From IMG/VR virus record IMGVR_UViG_3300046536_000256, positions 169,284 through 233,283 of that record: a stretch of DNA of 64,000 nucleotides. One strand, given 5' to 3'. The notes below the pieces were generated by a model. That model ran no database searches. It saw only the letters and a program-made list of their open reading frames with translations, and had not been told where the DNA came from. The number at the start of each line of letters is the position of its first letter. Position 1 is the stretch's first letter. Made by a program: the position numbers and the translations under genes. Below are positions 1 to 9,357 of the stretch, piece by piece.

Positions 1-846
1 TTTAGCGAAGAAGGGTGAAACGCTGCGCAACAAATCGCGCGTGGTAAGAGAGTCTTCCAACCCCACGTCGACAGGAAGAAGACAGCCAGAAACATACCGT
101 CCAATCCAGCTGGATTCTTCGATAGGGAAAGAATACTCCTTCCGTGTAGGAATGCCCGACTCTTCCCATTCTTCAACCTTGTGGTCGTAAGGAATATGCG
201 TGACGATCCGGGAAGCCCAGTTGACGTGCCCAGCGCCGTTAGGAATGAGCATCTCCTTCACCTCAGGGATCAGGCTGTTGTAGACCTCTTTCTTCGACAT
301 CTCGAAGATCGGTGACCGGAACGGAACCCCGATGTTGTCAGAGTTACTCAACGGCCCGATGATCTCAGGCAACATGAGCAATGCTCGGTAATCGGCTTCC
401 GTGAAATCAATCTCGTTAAACGAGGACTCCGCGGCGTCTTGTTTAAGCCAACCGATCCATACCGACGGGATGTTTGTGTCGATGTATTCACGACGAATGG
501 CCATCATCCCCAGCACAACAGCGAACTGCTGAGTCACGTCGAAGGTCACCACGGAACGGAACTTGTCTTGACGCGGAACATACGGACACACCGGCATGTG
601 CATGATGTCCTTGATCTCGCCCTTGAAGCGCCACTGCGCTTTAGGACGGTAATCCTGGTCATCCCGGATCAGTTCTTTGAACACCTCGATAATCCGTTCC
701 ATGGCGATGATCTCGCTCATGCGGGTTTCGAGGTTGTTGTTCACGTTGATCAGGCAAAGGTTGACTTTGAAGCCGCGCTCCAATGCCATCTGTAACAGGT
801 ATACCGATTCAACCCCACCGCTGAACGCAATATTTACAGTCGTCAT
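1..846 (-). CDS. PP-loop (QueC-like) ATP pyrophosphatase, 3'-truncated by the window edge
   Basis: Not in the ORF track. Manual translation from ATG 846 gives MTTVNIAFSGGVESVYLLQMALERG (SGGxDS-type PP-loop, here SGGVES) and later PFRSPIFEMSKKEVY. The frame stays open to position 1. Confidence 0.6.
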   Translation of the reverse strand, partial: MTTVNIAFSGGVESVYLLQMALERGFKVNLCLINVNNNLETRMSEIIAMERIIEVFKELIRDDQDYRPKAQWRFKGEIKDIMHMPVCPYVPRQDKFRSVVTFDVTQQFAVVLGMMAIRREYIDTNIPSVWIGWLKQDAAESSFNEIDFTEADYRALLMLPEIIGPLSNSDNIGVPFRSPIFEMSKKEVYNSLIPEVKEMLIPNGAGHVNWASRIVTHIPYDHKVEEWEESGIPTRKEYSFPIEESSWIGRYVSGCLLPVDVGLEDSLTTRDLLRSVSPFFAK

Positions 847-858
847 GTTTACCCCAAT

Positions 859-897
859 CAAAAATAATCCCCTCCCCACCGAGGCAGGGAGGGAATG
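859..897 (-). terminator. Rho-independent terminator-like hairpin
   Basis: Minus strand reads CCCTCCCTGCC-TCG-GTGGGGAGGG followed by ATTATTTTT, just after the stop of 907..2070. Confidence 0.55.
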
Positions 898-906
898 GAG
901 CCGCAA

Positions 907-2070
907 TTACGCTTCGCTGGCTTCGGTGGTTACCAGGTGTTGCTTGGTGTTGACTTCGATGGTCTCGCCATCATGCTTGGTGACACTGAGGTCGACCGTG
1001 AAGTAATGACCTTCCTGATCTTGACCGGCCAACGGTGTTACTTCGACACGGAATTTGTCGGTGATAAAGGCGCCCAGCTTTTCGTTGATCAGGTCAACGG
1101 TCAGCTTCTCGGTCGCCTTCGCAGCTTCCGCAATGGAAATACTGGTGTCGGCGGTTACCGAATCCCAAGCCGCTTTGGCGATTTCTTCCAACTGGGTACG
1201 GATATGGATATCGACGGTGGTGGTCGCGATAACCGGTTCTTCCGGAACTTCGCGAGTGGTACCGTCGACGTTGTGGAAGGTGGACAGGATGTAAGCTTCC
1301 AGCGCCTTGATCTGGCCAACAATCATCTGCGACCACGGCTCGAACGGTGTTTCCGGATTGCTGAACATTGGATCGTTCAGCAGATCGTCAACGCTAGCCC
1401 AGGCCACGGCGTCGTTCTGTGGTTCGCGCATTTCGAACGACGCCACTTCGTTGGAAGCGTCCAGAGCGTAGACCACGCCGAAGTGAATGTTACCGACATA
1501 ATCAGGTTCAGGACTGCTGTCCATGACGAAACCGACTTTCTGGAAACCAACAGTGTTGGCAGCGCCGACGATGCCAGCGGTCAGGTCGAGACCGTCACGA
1601 GTTGCCAGCAGGACTTCTTCGATGTATTCGCGGATGTACGAATCGTCGATGGTTTCCAACATGTCGATGGCCGACGTTGGGATCAGCTCGTCGTTGTCGT
1701 GAATGGTGTGATAAGAAACGTCATCACCTTCGATGTGACCACCAGCGCCCAGGGACAGTTTGGAAGACAACCGGCCTTCGCCATTGGTCTTGTTACGTTT
1801 GTAAACCGCGAACAACAGACGCAGACGGCATTCGTCGGTGGTTTCAACCTTGTAGGTCAGGCCGTAAGCAATGGCCTGGCGCAGCAGTTGCAGCTTGTGG
1901 TTGAGCGCACGCACCGAACCCATGACACCTTGGTCCAGGTGTTTCAAAGCAGAGATCAGTACTCCCTGGTCCAACATGGTGAAAGCATTGTCGGGAGCAA
2001 CTTCAGCCAATACGTCCTTGTGAACGCCGTAGGTGAATTCGGAGTTTTTGGCGAGAGCTTTAACGAGCAT
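907..2070 (-). CDS. NUDIX-fold (MutT-like predicted phosphoesterase) protein with C-terminal extension
   Basis: Motifs GEGRLSSKLSLGAGGHIE, IREYIEEV, VGNIHFGVV and FEPWSQM match the COG4112-type NUDIX pattern. Confidence 0.65.
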   Translation of the reverse strand: MLVKALAKNSEFTYGVHKDVLAEVAPDNAFTMLDQGVLISALKHLDQGVMGSVRALNHKLQLLRQAIAYGLTYKVETTDECRLRLLFAVYKRNKTNGEGRLSSKLSLGAGGHIEGDDVSYHTIHDNDELIPTSAIDMLETIDDSYIREYIEEVLLATRDGLDLTAGIVGAANTVGFQKVGFVMDSSPEPDYVGNIHFGVVYALDASNEVASFEMREPQNDAVAWASVDDLLNDPMFSNPETPFEPWSQMIVGQIKALEAYILSTFHNVDGTTREVPEEPVIATTTVDIHIRTQLEEIAKAAWDSVTADTSISIAEAAKATEKLTVDLINEKLGAFITDKFRVEVTPLAGQDQEGHYFTVDLSVTKHDGETIEVNTKQHLVTTEASEA

Positions 2071-2083
2071 GAGGATTCCTTAG

Positions 2084-3220
2084 TTAGCGGGTTTGATTAA
2101 GTTGTTTGATTTTGTGCTGGCCGTAGTTGTGGGCTTCTTCCCACTCCATCGGATGACTGTAACGTATATGAATAACATACCCTAGTGATAAATGTCCTGA
2201 AGACGTTTGGATATCGGCAGGAACATCTTCGCGTTCAGCCTGACTGCGATACTTTTCGGCCTTCAGTTGGACTATCAATTCCTGGCGCAACAAAACGGCA
2301 GAACCGTCTCGGACCGCATAGTAACCAGGTTGTTGATATTTCCAGGTAATCCAAGGGTTATCCACGTAGTTCTCTTGGTCTGGGCCGAAGGGACTTGGTT
2401 CATCTTTGTCCGGGATATAACGACCTGGGTCAGCGAGGGTTGACTGCATTGTGTTGCCCATGACCAACCTGTCTTCGGTGTCGATGACGTTGGGCATCAA
2501 CTTCGCATGATGAGGGTAGATCTGTTCCAGTTCTTGTGCCGATCGCTTGGAATCAATCATGAACTCTTCAGGCGACATCTCCTGCAACTGAATAAGCCGC
2601 TGAAGATACTCGGTGTATTTCTTATCGTCAGCAAAGGTCATGCGAAGCTTCACTTCCAGAGAGCGAACATAATCGTCCTCTGTCAGACTGGCGCGTAGCT
2701 TACCGAACGGACTTGGTTCACCCTCTCGCAGTTTGTTAAGAGTAGCGCTCAGGCTGATACGACGCAGCGCACGACCGATCAAACCACCCTTCCCTTCTGT
2801 AAGTTCACGAGCGGTAAGTAGGTTACCTTCGCCATCGGTAACAACCTGACTACCTTGGTGTTCAATGAGCTCACGGAGAACCCTTTCAACAAAGTCAGTG
2901 TCGTAATCGCTGGCCATACCGGTCCACACCACCGAACCAGAACGCAGGTGACAGATGCGAGTGAAGCCATTACCGCCACCCATCATGCCGGGAAGGATGC
3001 GGGACAGGTCACCACCATTCTCACAGATGGAGATCAGCTGAGTGGTCTTGTCGAAGAATACGGCATACTTCTTATCGGCTGTAACGAAGGGTGGGTAGTG
3101 GAATTCAAACAAACCCAGTTTATTCAGCTTAAGCAACAAGTCACGAACTTGACTGTACATAAAGTTTCCAACGAAAAATAAAGAAGGCAAACATATGGCT
3201 AGGGGAATGCCCCTAGCCAT
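2084..3220 (-). CDS. hypothetical protein
   Basis: 378-aa ORF in a tightly packed minus-strand run; the true start may be the internal MYSQVRD. Confidence 0.75.
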   Translation of the reverse strand: MARGIPLAICLPSLFFVGNFMYSQVRDLLLKLNKLGLFEFHYPPFVTADKKYAVFFDKTTQLISICENGGDLSRILPGMMGGGNGFTRICHLRSGSVVWTGMASDYDTDFVERVLRELIEHQGSQVVTDGEGNLLTARELTEGKGGLIGRALRRISLSATLNKLREGEPSPFGKLRASLTEDDYVRSLEVKLRMTFADDKKYTEYLQRLIQLQEMSPEEFMIDSKRSAQELEQIYPHHAKLMPNVIDTEDRLVMGNTMQSTLADPGRYIPDKDEPSPFGPDQENYVDNPWITWKYQQPGYYAVRDGSAVLLRQELIVQLKAEKYRSQAEREDVPADIQTSSGHLSLGYVIHIRYSHPMEWEEAHNYGQHKIKQLNQTR

Positions 3221-3235
3221 ACTTGCGGATGCCGA

Positions 3236-3676
3236 TTAACCGAAGAGCTTAGCGGCCAGCTCGTGGTTAGCCTGACGCTGGGTATCCAGCCAGGTTGCCG
3301 CTTCGCTGCTGTGAACGTAGTTCACAGCAGTGGTAGAGTGACCGAACAGGAATTCATCACCGACTTGTTGACGCAGGTGATGCTGGGTGTTCACGGAGAA
3401 CGGGCCGAAGGCGAGAGTGCCGTCGAGGGTGGTGAGTTTGTCGTTTTCAGCGAACTGGGTACGGGCGATTTCAGCAGTAGCTTGTTCGGCCACAGCGCTG
3501 AGGTCATTGATCCAGTTAACGTGCTGAGCGACGGATTCGGTGGTGATGCCTTCTGGCAGTTCCAGCTTTTCGGCGTCGAAGGTTACGTGGTTGGTAGCCT
3601 TGTCGTAGTTACCGAATTCGACCATGCTCTTAACTTGCAGGTCCATGGATTCGCCATAAGTTTTGTTAACAGTCAT
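3236..3676 (-). CDS. hypothetical protein
   Basis: 146-aa ORF with GAGG RBS upstream of the ATG. Confidence 0.8.
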   Translation of the reverse strand: MTVNKTYGESMDLQVKSMVEFGNYDKATNHVTFDAEKLELPEGITTESVAQHVNWINDLSAVAEQATAEIARTQFAENDKLTTLDGTLAFGPFSVNTQHHLRQQVGDEFLFGHSTTAVNYVHSSEAATWLDTQRQANHELAAKLFG

Positions 3677-3712
3677 AATTGCCTCTGTATCAGAAAGAAG
3701 GTGGATGAAGGA

Positions 3713-3865
3713 TTAGCGAGACGCTACTTGAACCTTGTGAAATTTACCGTGCGAAATGCGGTCCAACAAACGTTCGCTTGCAAGCTGTTGGCTGACAGCG
3801 GAACCGTTAGAGAAAACGATGCCGTGCTTATCAACCAGTACAAACAACTTCTTGAATTCGGACAT
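3713..3865 (-). CDS. small hypothetical protein (50 aa)
   Basis: Manual translation MSEFKKLFVLVDKHGIVFSNGSAVSQQLASERLLDRISHGKFHKVQVASR*; fills the gap downstream of an early-promoter motif; RBS is weak. Confidence 0.45.
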   Translation of the reverse strand: MSEFKKLFVLVDKHGIVFSNGSAVSQQLASERLLDRISHGKFHKVQVASR

Positions 3866-3949
3866 TACTAGATCTCGTTATAGTGTCGTAAAGTTACAAC
3901 AAAGGAATGTGTTCACTCCTCCCCAGGTATTAACCTGCGTTGTCAAGAA

Positions 3950-3967
3950 AGTAATATAGGTGTGAAA
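3950..3967 (-). promoter_or_regulatory. early (virion RNAP) promoter motif TTTCACACCTATATTACT
   Basis: Contains the phiKZ-type early core TATATTAC; one of six similar intergenic copies. Confidence 0.7.
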
Positions 3968-3971
3968 TATT

Positions 3972-4003
3972 CCAGCTCGAGCAACGTTAATTACTCGAGC
4001 TGG
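3972..4003. terminator. hairpin after 4013..5026
   Basis: CCAGCTCGAG ... CTCGAGCTGG 10-bp inverted repeat. Confidence 0.5.
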
Positions 4004-4012
4004 GGTTGGGGT

Positions 4013-5026
4013 TTACAGCTGTGCTTCTTCCAGCGTTTGGATCGACTCGGCGTAGTTGTACACCGAGGCCACTTGCTTCACACTGAACGTGCGGCCGGCG
4101 TCGTGCATCTTCTTCGCGAACACCACCAGCCAGTCTTTGAACTCACTGGTGTAGTCGATGTCTTTCGGCAACACGACGTTCATGCCGTTGTAGTGCTGCG
4201 CGCAGACTTCGATGGTGGTCGACGGATCGGCGTCGTCAGGGTCAACCTCCAGCAGGAACGCAGAGGGGTCGACACCGGTTTCGGCTTTGGTGGCACCGGA
4301 CAGTTCGGCGTAGAGCGCGGCGCTGTCGGCATGGTCTTGATTCACCTGAACCACTACGTCCAGGATATCGAACAGATCCCAGTGGTTCATGGTCACGCCT
4401 TCGAACGCTTCGAAGTACTTGCCCGCTTGGTACAGGTGATCGATGAAGAACTTCGGCGTAAAGCCTTCGGTCTTCAGCAGGATGGACAGGTCAATGGTTT
4501 GGTCGATGTACATCAGGTGTGGCTTCTCGCCATTCACCGACAGGTCGAACTGTGCCGACAGGTAATCCATCAGCAGCTTGGCTTGGACGTCGACGTTGGT
4601 TTCAAGAGCGAACTTGACCAGCGCGTCGTCGTAACCAATAAGGCGGGTGGCCACGAGCAAGAACAGCTCGGTGCTGGACTTGAATTCGGTTGCAGCAATA
4701 CGGTTGCTGATCGCGATGTTGGTCGGGTTTTCGCTGGCCACAGTATCTTTGGTCCAGGCTGTCAGGCGACTGCCGGTAGAGATCATGTGCAGCTTGACGA
4801 CCTTGGCGATGTAAGTCTTGACCGCTTCGGACTTCTCAGGGCTGGTGAAGACACCCTTAATGAAGTGACGGTCGGTGCTTGCGTCGAAAGAACGATCCCA
4901 TTCTTCTTGGCCAGTCCGGTGCAACGCTTGAATGATCTTGGCGCCATTAACAACGTCGCGCATGCGCAGAATGAATGCATTGTAATCCATCAACGTATTC
5001 ATGTTGGCTTGTGGAACTACGCTCAT
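4013..5026 (-). CDS. hypothetical protein
   Basis: 337-aa ORF with AGGAG RBS. Confidence 0.8.
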   Translation of the reverse strand: MSVVPQANMNTLMDYNAFILRMRDVVNGAKIIQALHRTGQEEWDRSFDASTDRHFIKGVFTSPEKSEAVKTYIAKVVKLHMISTGSRLTAWTKDTVASENPTNIAISNRIAATEFKSSTELFLLVATRLIGYDDALVKFALETNVDVQAKLLMDYLSAQFDLSVNGEKPHLMYIDQTIDLSILLKTEGFTPKFFIDHLYQAGKYFEAFEGVTMNHWDLFDILDVVVQVNQDHADSAALYAELSGATKAETGVDPSAFLLEVDPDDADPSTTIEVCAQHYNGMNVVLPKDIDYTSEFKDWLVVFAKKMHDAGRTFSVKQVASVYNYAESIQTLEEAQL

Positions 5027-5144
5027 CTAATTTCTCCTAGGAATGATCTCGGCCCCGTCGGGCAATAAGAAAGATACGCCGGTACATAAAAATAGCAAAT
5101 AGCTAAGACCAGCAGGTTTCCCTGCCGGCCTTAGTATCACGGAT

Positions 5145-5993
5145 TTAACCGAAGATGCTCATCGAGTTGGATTGGATCAACTGAATAGGCTTGCGAACTT
5201 GCAGGCGCTTCAATTGCTCAACCATCTCGTTCACCCGGCTGAAGCTTTCCGAACCTTCGAAACGCGCCATCATGGCCACGTCTTTCATGTTCGTCTCGCA
5301 CACATGGATAACTTCATCAATGGTGGTGGAGACTTCAACAAACTGAGCCCCTTCGATTTCTTGCAGGTAGCTCTCCAGACCAGCTGTGAGGTGCTTGCAA
5401 GCACGAAGGACACCTTGTTCCACAACCATGTCGTAAGTACTGTGGTACTCGACCTCACGCACCATGTCACCCATGCGTTGCGGTTTGGTCACAGAACGAA
5501 GACTGATAGCGGCGTTGATGTCCGGGTTGGTGAGTGCGTCCGCTGTCCAGTCTTTGTACGGACCGAATGGCGTCAGCTCTACTTCGTTGTAAACAGGAGC
5601 GCTGTCGTTACCGGTCATGACCCAGTGGATCTTCCGGATGTGCGCACACACGTTTTGCATCTCGATCGTGCGCAAACGGTTGATCCATTGAAAGACCTCC
5701 GTGATCTGTGTACGAACGATCTGGCCGTTGATGCGTTCCAGGAAGTACTGAGGAGGGTGCCCCAGCTCACAATACACCTGGCCTTCGCTGACGCGACGGT
5801 TCAGGTCACTATCAGGAGACATGCACTCCTTTAAGTACTGATTAAGACGGTACACAATACCGCCGCGGTTCGGGATGTTGAAACCACCAGCGTTCATCCG
5901 CCAGTAACCCGAACCATCGCTCATCGGCTTGAGAATGCCACGCTTGCCAGTATCGCCAAGCATGATGTTCCCAAAGGTAATGACCTGACTCAT
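5145..5993 (-). CDS. prohead (head maturation) serine protease, phiKZ gp175-like
   Basis: CELGHP His motif and AISLRS Ser motif; position upstream of the vRNAP block as in phiKZ-like phages. Confidence 0.85.
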   Translation of the reverse strand: MSQVITFGNIMLGDTGKRGILKPMSDGSGYWRMNAGGFNIPNRGGIVYRLNQYLKECMSPDSDLNRRVSEGQVYCELGHPPQYFLERINGQIVRTQITEVFQWINRLRTIEMQNVCAHIRKIHWVMTGNDSAPVYNEVELTPFGPYKDWTADALTNPDINAAISLRSVTKPQRMGDMVREVEYHSTYDMVVEQGVLRACKHLTAGLESYLQEIEGAQFVEVSTTIDEVIHVCETNMKDVAMMARFEGSESFSRVNEMVEQLKRLQVRKPIQLIQSNSMSIFG

Positions 5994-6715
5994 TTTGGAA
6001 CTCCTTTGATGATCTCTTCGAGATCGGTGACTTTGGTGTCAGGGTTAACGATAGCCGCCAAGGTGTTGTCCTGAAGATACCCGCCCAACAACTTCGAGAA
6101 GGTACCGTCAATCAGCATTGCACTGTTGTTGAGCCCCACGATCGCAGGAGGTCGTCCTTCCAGCATAGCTTTACTGTGCCGGTAAGCGATATCCAGGTTA
6201 TCCGGATCGCGGAACTGCAAGCCGATCAACACCCGCATGACTTGAGGGCTGCTACCCACCTTGCCACCGCACTCGTACTGAGCATAGTCGTAAAGGGAGG
6301 TCAGGTCGTCCTTGTTCATGTACCAAGGGATCTTGGCGTAGAGGTTGAACTCGAGGTAGTACTGGTGAGGTTTGTTGGGGTCCTGCAACACGTCCAGGTT
6401 CTCGATTAAGGTGTCACCCTTACCGAACTCCAAGATGAGGTACTGAACCCCGTTAATGGCCGCTTCACGAATGCTGAGAGGCACCAGTGTAATGTCCATC
6501 ATCGCCAAAAGGGGAGCGTAACACTCCCCCGGAATGACCAACCCCAGTACAGCCGAAGTCCAAACAGTCTCGCCCACAACCGCCATACCGTTTTCCACAA
6601 ACCGTTTAGGGATATGGATTTCCATTGGACGATTCGCAATAACCGAACCGTCGTCTAGAACTGTGTAGGCTTTGTGGATCTTGGCATCGTCTCTGACTAG
6701 ATGGCTGATTTCCAT
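5990..6715 (-). CDS. conserved virion protein (gp176-position; candidate small vRNAP-associated subunit)
   Basis: 241-aa ORF overlapping the protease start by 4 nt. The functional guess is from synteny only. Confidence 0.55.
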   Translation of the reverse strand: MEISHLVRDDAKIHKAYTVLDDGSVIANRPMEIHIPKRFVENGMAVVGETVWTSAVLGLVIPGECYAPLLAMMDITLVPLSIREAAINGVQYLILEFGKGDTLIENLDVLQDPNKPHQYYLEFNLYAKIPWYMNKDDLTSLYDYAQYECGGKVGSSPQVMRVLIGLQFRDPDNLDIAYRHSKAMLEGRPPAIVGLNNSAMLIDGTFSKLLGGYLQDNTLAAIVNPDTKVTDLEEIIKGVPK

Positions 6716-6720
6716 GGCAC

Positions 6721-8271
6721 TTATTTCCCGAGGGAGTGACGAACGATCAGCTTGATCAGAGCCAGGTGCAGACGCTCACGCTTGGCGGCGGTGTCTTCTT
6801 GCGTTTCAACCGAAACGTAGGTGGCTTCCACAATGTCAGCCGCCAGGTTGCAGTTAACCGCACGCAAGAAAGCGGGAACCAGACCGCCAGCCATCAAGGC
6901 TTGCAAGACCACGTTGTCGTGACCCACTTCGACGTCGATGGGACCACCGCCACCTTGACCTGCCGCAGCCAGAGCTGTCGATACAGCGTAGTACGCCTTC
7001 TCGTATTCCAAGCCGATCTTGGCGGTGAACCACTCTTCCACCATGAACTTGCCGTCGCACAGGCTACGGACACGGTCATTCAGTTTCGGAGTTTCCAGCA
7101 GGAACTTCAGCGAACGAGCACGAGCAGCCTGGATGAACAAGGTTTTCGCCTTGGTACCCAGAGTCTGGTCGATCGACTTGTAGTAAGCACTCGCCCATTG
7201 CTTCACTACTTCCGGAGAAGCCAGTGTAGCGGCTGGGTTCAAGTCGGTCTTGTTGAACTTGGCGTAAGTAATCGCCACCAACCACTCGTTAAAGCTGATA
7301 CCGTTTTGCTCCAGTGTCTCCAGCGCTTGAGCGGTGTAGAAGATCTGCACGCTGCCGCTGATGAACTTGGCGCCTTCGTAGTCCTTGGACGGGTGATCCG
7401 CCATGCGCAGAGGCTCGATCTCACCGATGGCCACAACGCGGCTACGGTAGGCCTTCGCCACTTGCTTCAGGCTGATCAGGTAACGGGTCATACCGTTCCA
7501 CAGCAGGTTAACGAACTCGCGGTAGTCAGCGAGCGAACCCGACGCCAACCACTTCACCGGGCTTTCGTCGGTAACCATTTTGGTCAGCACGACATACATC
7601 TTGAGCAGCTTGTTGATTTCCAAGCTCTGGATGACGGAGAAGTTGAACACGTTGTTCTTGTTGGAGAACATGCGACTCAGCTCGTAGACGTCGGTTACCG
7701 TGTTGGCGGCGCGCGACAGGTCGTACTCGTCGTTAGACAAGATCTCGACCACGTCCGGGTGAGAAGTGTTGATGTAGGTCGCGATCTCTTCCGCGCTGGC
7801 GTAGTTAAACGACAGACGGCTCAGCACGTCCAACGAAACGTTGGTGAAGTCCAGGGCGCTGTTCTTCACTTCGGTCGGGTAGATCTGCGAGTCGAAGAAC
7901 GGATCGTCAACGTTGACGTAGCTGTACGACAAGCGGCTGAAGCACAGGTCCTGCAAGCGGTCTGAGGTGTAGAGAATGCTCAGCTCGCTGGCCAAGGCCT
8001 TAGCAAAAGGCACACCGTAGTCCTTGATCATGTCAAAGCCACCACGAATCACGGAAGCCAGTTTGTCGCTGGTGGCCTCCATGACCGGGGTGTGTGCGGT
8101 GGTTTCGCCGGTGACCTGAGGGATCTCAGTGCGGAACGCTTCGGTGTACGCGGCAGAGCCATAGCTCTGTTCGTTCAAACCGACGATCAGATCCTTAACA
8201 CGGATCGGGGTGTCGGAGTTGTGAGCGACCGCGATGGATTCGGCAAGGGAAAGGCTAGAAGAACGAATCAT
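6721..8271 (-). CDS. virion head structural protein (gp177-position)
   Basis: 516-aa ORF in the protease-vRNAP block; synteny-based. Confidence 0.6.
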   Translation of the reverse strand: MIRSSSLSLAESIAVAHNSDTPIRVKDLIVGLNEQSYGSAAYTEAFRTEIPQVTGETTAHTPVMEATSDKLASVIRGGFDMIKDYGVPFAKALASELSILYTSDRLQDLCFSRLSYSYVNVDDPFFDSQIYPTEVKNSALDFTNVSLDVLSRLSFNYASAEEIATYINTSHPDVVEILSNDEYDLSRAANTVTDVYELSRMFSNKNNVFNFSVIQSLEINKLLKMYVVLTKMVTDESPVKWLASGSLADYREFVNLLWNGMTRYLISLKQVAKAYRSRVVAIGEIEPLRMADHPSKDYEGAKFISGSVQIFYTAQALETLEQNGISFNEWLVAITYAKFNKTDLNPAATLASPEVVKQWASAYYKSIDQTLGTKAKTLFIQAARARSLKFLLETPKLNDRVRSLCDGKFMVEEWFTAKIGLEYEKAYYAVSTALAAAGQGGGGPIDVEVGHDNVVLQALMAGGLVPAFLRAVNCNLAADIVEATYVSVETQEDTAAKRERLHLALIKLIVRHSLGK

Positions 8272-8441
8272 GCTTTATCCCCTGTCACAACAGCATTAAT
8301 AGCTTTGCTGATGGCTTCGTCTTGAATGGTCTGTTCCAATGGAGCGATGAACTCCAGGCCGACCTTGTTGATAGTGCTCTTCACGAGTTCCACCGTGTTG
8401 GCGATAGACACCGTGTCTTGAATGAAAGTTTGCTGATTCAT
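8268..8441 (-). CDS. small hypothetical protein (57 aa)
   Basis: Manual translation MNQQTFIQDTVSIANTVELVKSTINKVGLEFIAPLEQTIQDEAISKAINAVVTGDKA*; AAGGG RBS; ATGA overlap with the next gene. Confidence 0.65.
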   Translation of the reverse strand: MNQQTFIQDTVSIANTVELVKSTINKVGLEFIAPLEQTIQDEAISKAINAVVTGDKA

Positions 8442-8471
8442 GGTGAACAGACCCTTTACGGAAGAATGGGA

Positions 8472-9356
8472 TTAAGCGGCGATGACACGGTTAACAGTGT
8501 CCATGCCCTGGTAATATACGTCGTACAGACGAGAGTTGATCTCACCCACGGTGATCTGACCGTCTTTGTCGTAGTCGAAACCACAGTTCTGACGATAGCC
8601 GGTAGTCTCGACATCTTTGCGGAAGATAACCGTGTCCGCTGTCTTACCGACGGCTGCCGGATAGAAGATGGTGAGATAGAAGTCTTCCAGTTGGGAGAAG
8701 ACCTTACCGCGCTTTGCCCACAGGTCGAAGTAGGCGAAGACCCACTTGAGCTGTTCGACCTGTGGCAAGACCCGCAATGCGGCTGTGCTGGTGTTGAGAT
8801 CGCCGGCGGCCATGTCGCCGAACTGGATCAGACCGAAGTACTTGGCACCTGCGCCGTTCTGAATAGTCGGGCTGAATGTACCACCCGTCTCGAAGCACAT
8901 GCACGACATCAACCAGTCGACAGCAGCATCTGGCCAGCCGCGCTGTTTACAACCAGCAATGACCGCGTCCAGAAACTCCTTCGACACCTTGGTGGACCAA
9001 GCAGCCTTATAAAGAGGCAAGCGGTTCTGTTGACGATAGGACTGGCACACTTGCTGAATTGCCGCAAGAGTGCCTGCCCCGAAGACACCGTCTACTTTAC
9101 CGGTGTACAAACCAGCAGCCTTCAACAGGTCCTGGAATTTCACAACAGCTTGGACCATTGCGTCACCAGGGATGGTGGAAGCCGGGATGCTAGGCAACAC
9201 ATTCCCGGTTTGTTGACGATAGAACGCCGATACCAAAGAGGTAGCCGCGGTCATGCTTCCTGGACCCACTTGACCATCAATTGCGCCAGTGTAAACCCGG
9301 GTCTCTTTCATCAGCACTTGCAAGCTGCGCAACCCGTTGAAGTTTCTGTAGTTCAT
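8472..9356 (-). CDS. modular peptidoglycan hydrolase (two PG-binding repeats + lytic transglycosylase/lysozyme-like domain)
   Basis: Two PG_binding_1-like repeats (YTGAIDGQVGPGSMTA; YTGKVDGVFGAGTLAAI), catalytic-type CFET and GLIQF motifs, EF-hand-like loop. Start moved to ATG 9356, which has a GAGGT RBS. Confidence 0.8.
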   Translation of the reverse strand: MNYRNFNGLRSLQVLMKETRVYTGAIDGQVGPGSMTAATSLVSAFYRQQTGNVLPSIPASTIPGDAMVQAVVKFQDLLKAAGLYTGKVDGVFGAGTLAAIQQVCQSYRQQNRLPLYKAAWSTKVSKEFLDAVIAGCKQRGWPDAAVDWLMSCMCFETGGTFSPTIQNGAGAKYFGLIQFGDMAAGDLNTSTAALRVLPQVEQLKWVFAYFDLWAKRGKVFSQLEDFYLTIFYPAAVGKTADTVIFRKDVETTGYRQNCGFDYDKDGQITVGEINSRLYDVYYQGMDTVNRVIAA

Positions 9357-9357
9357 T

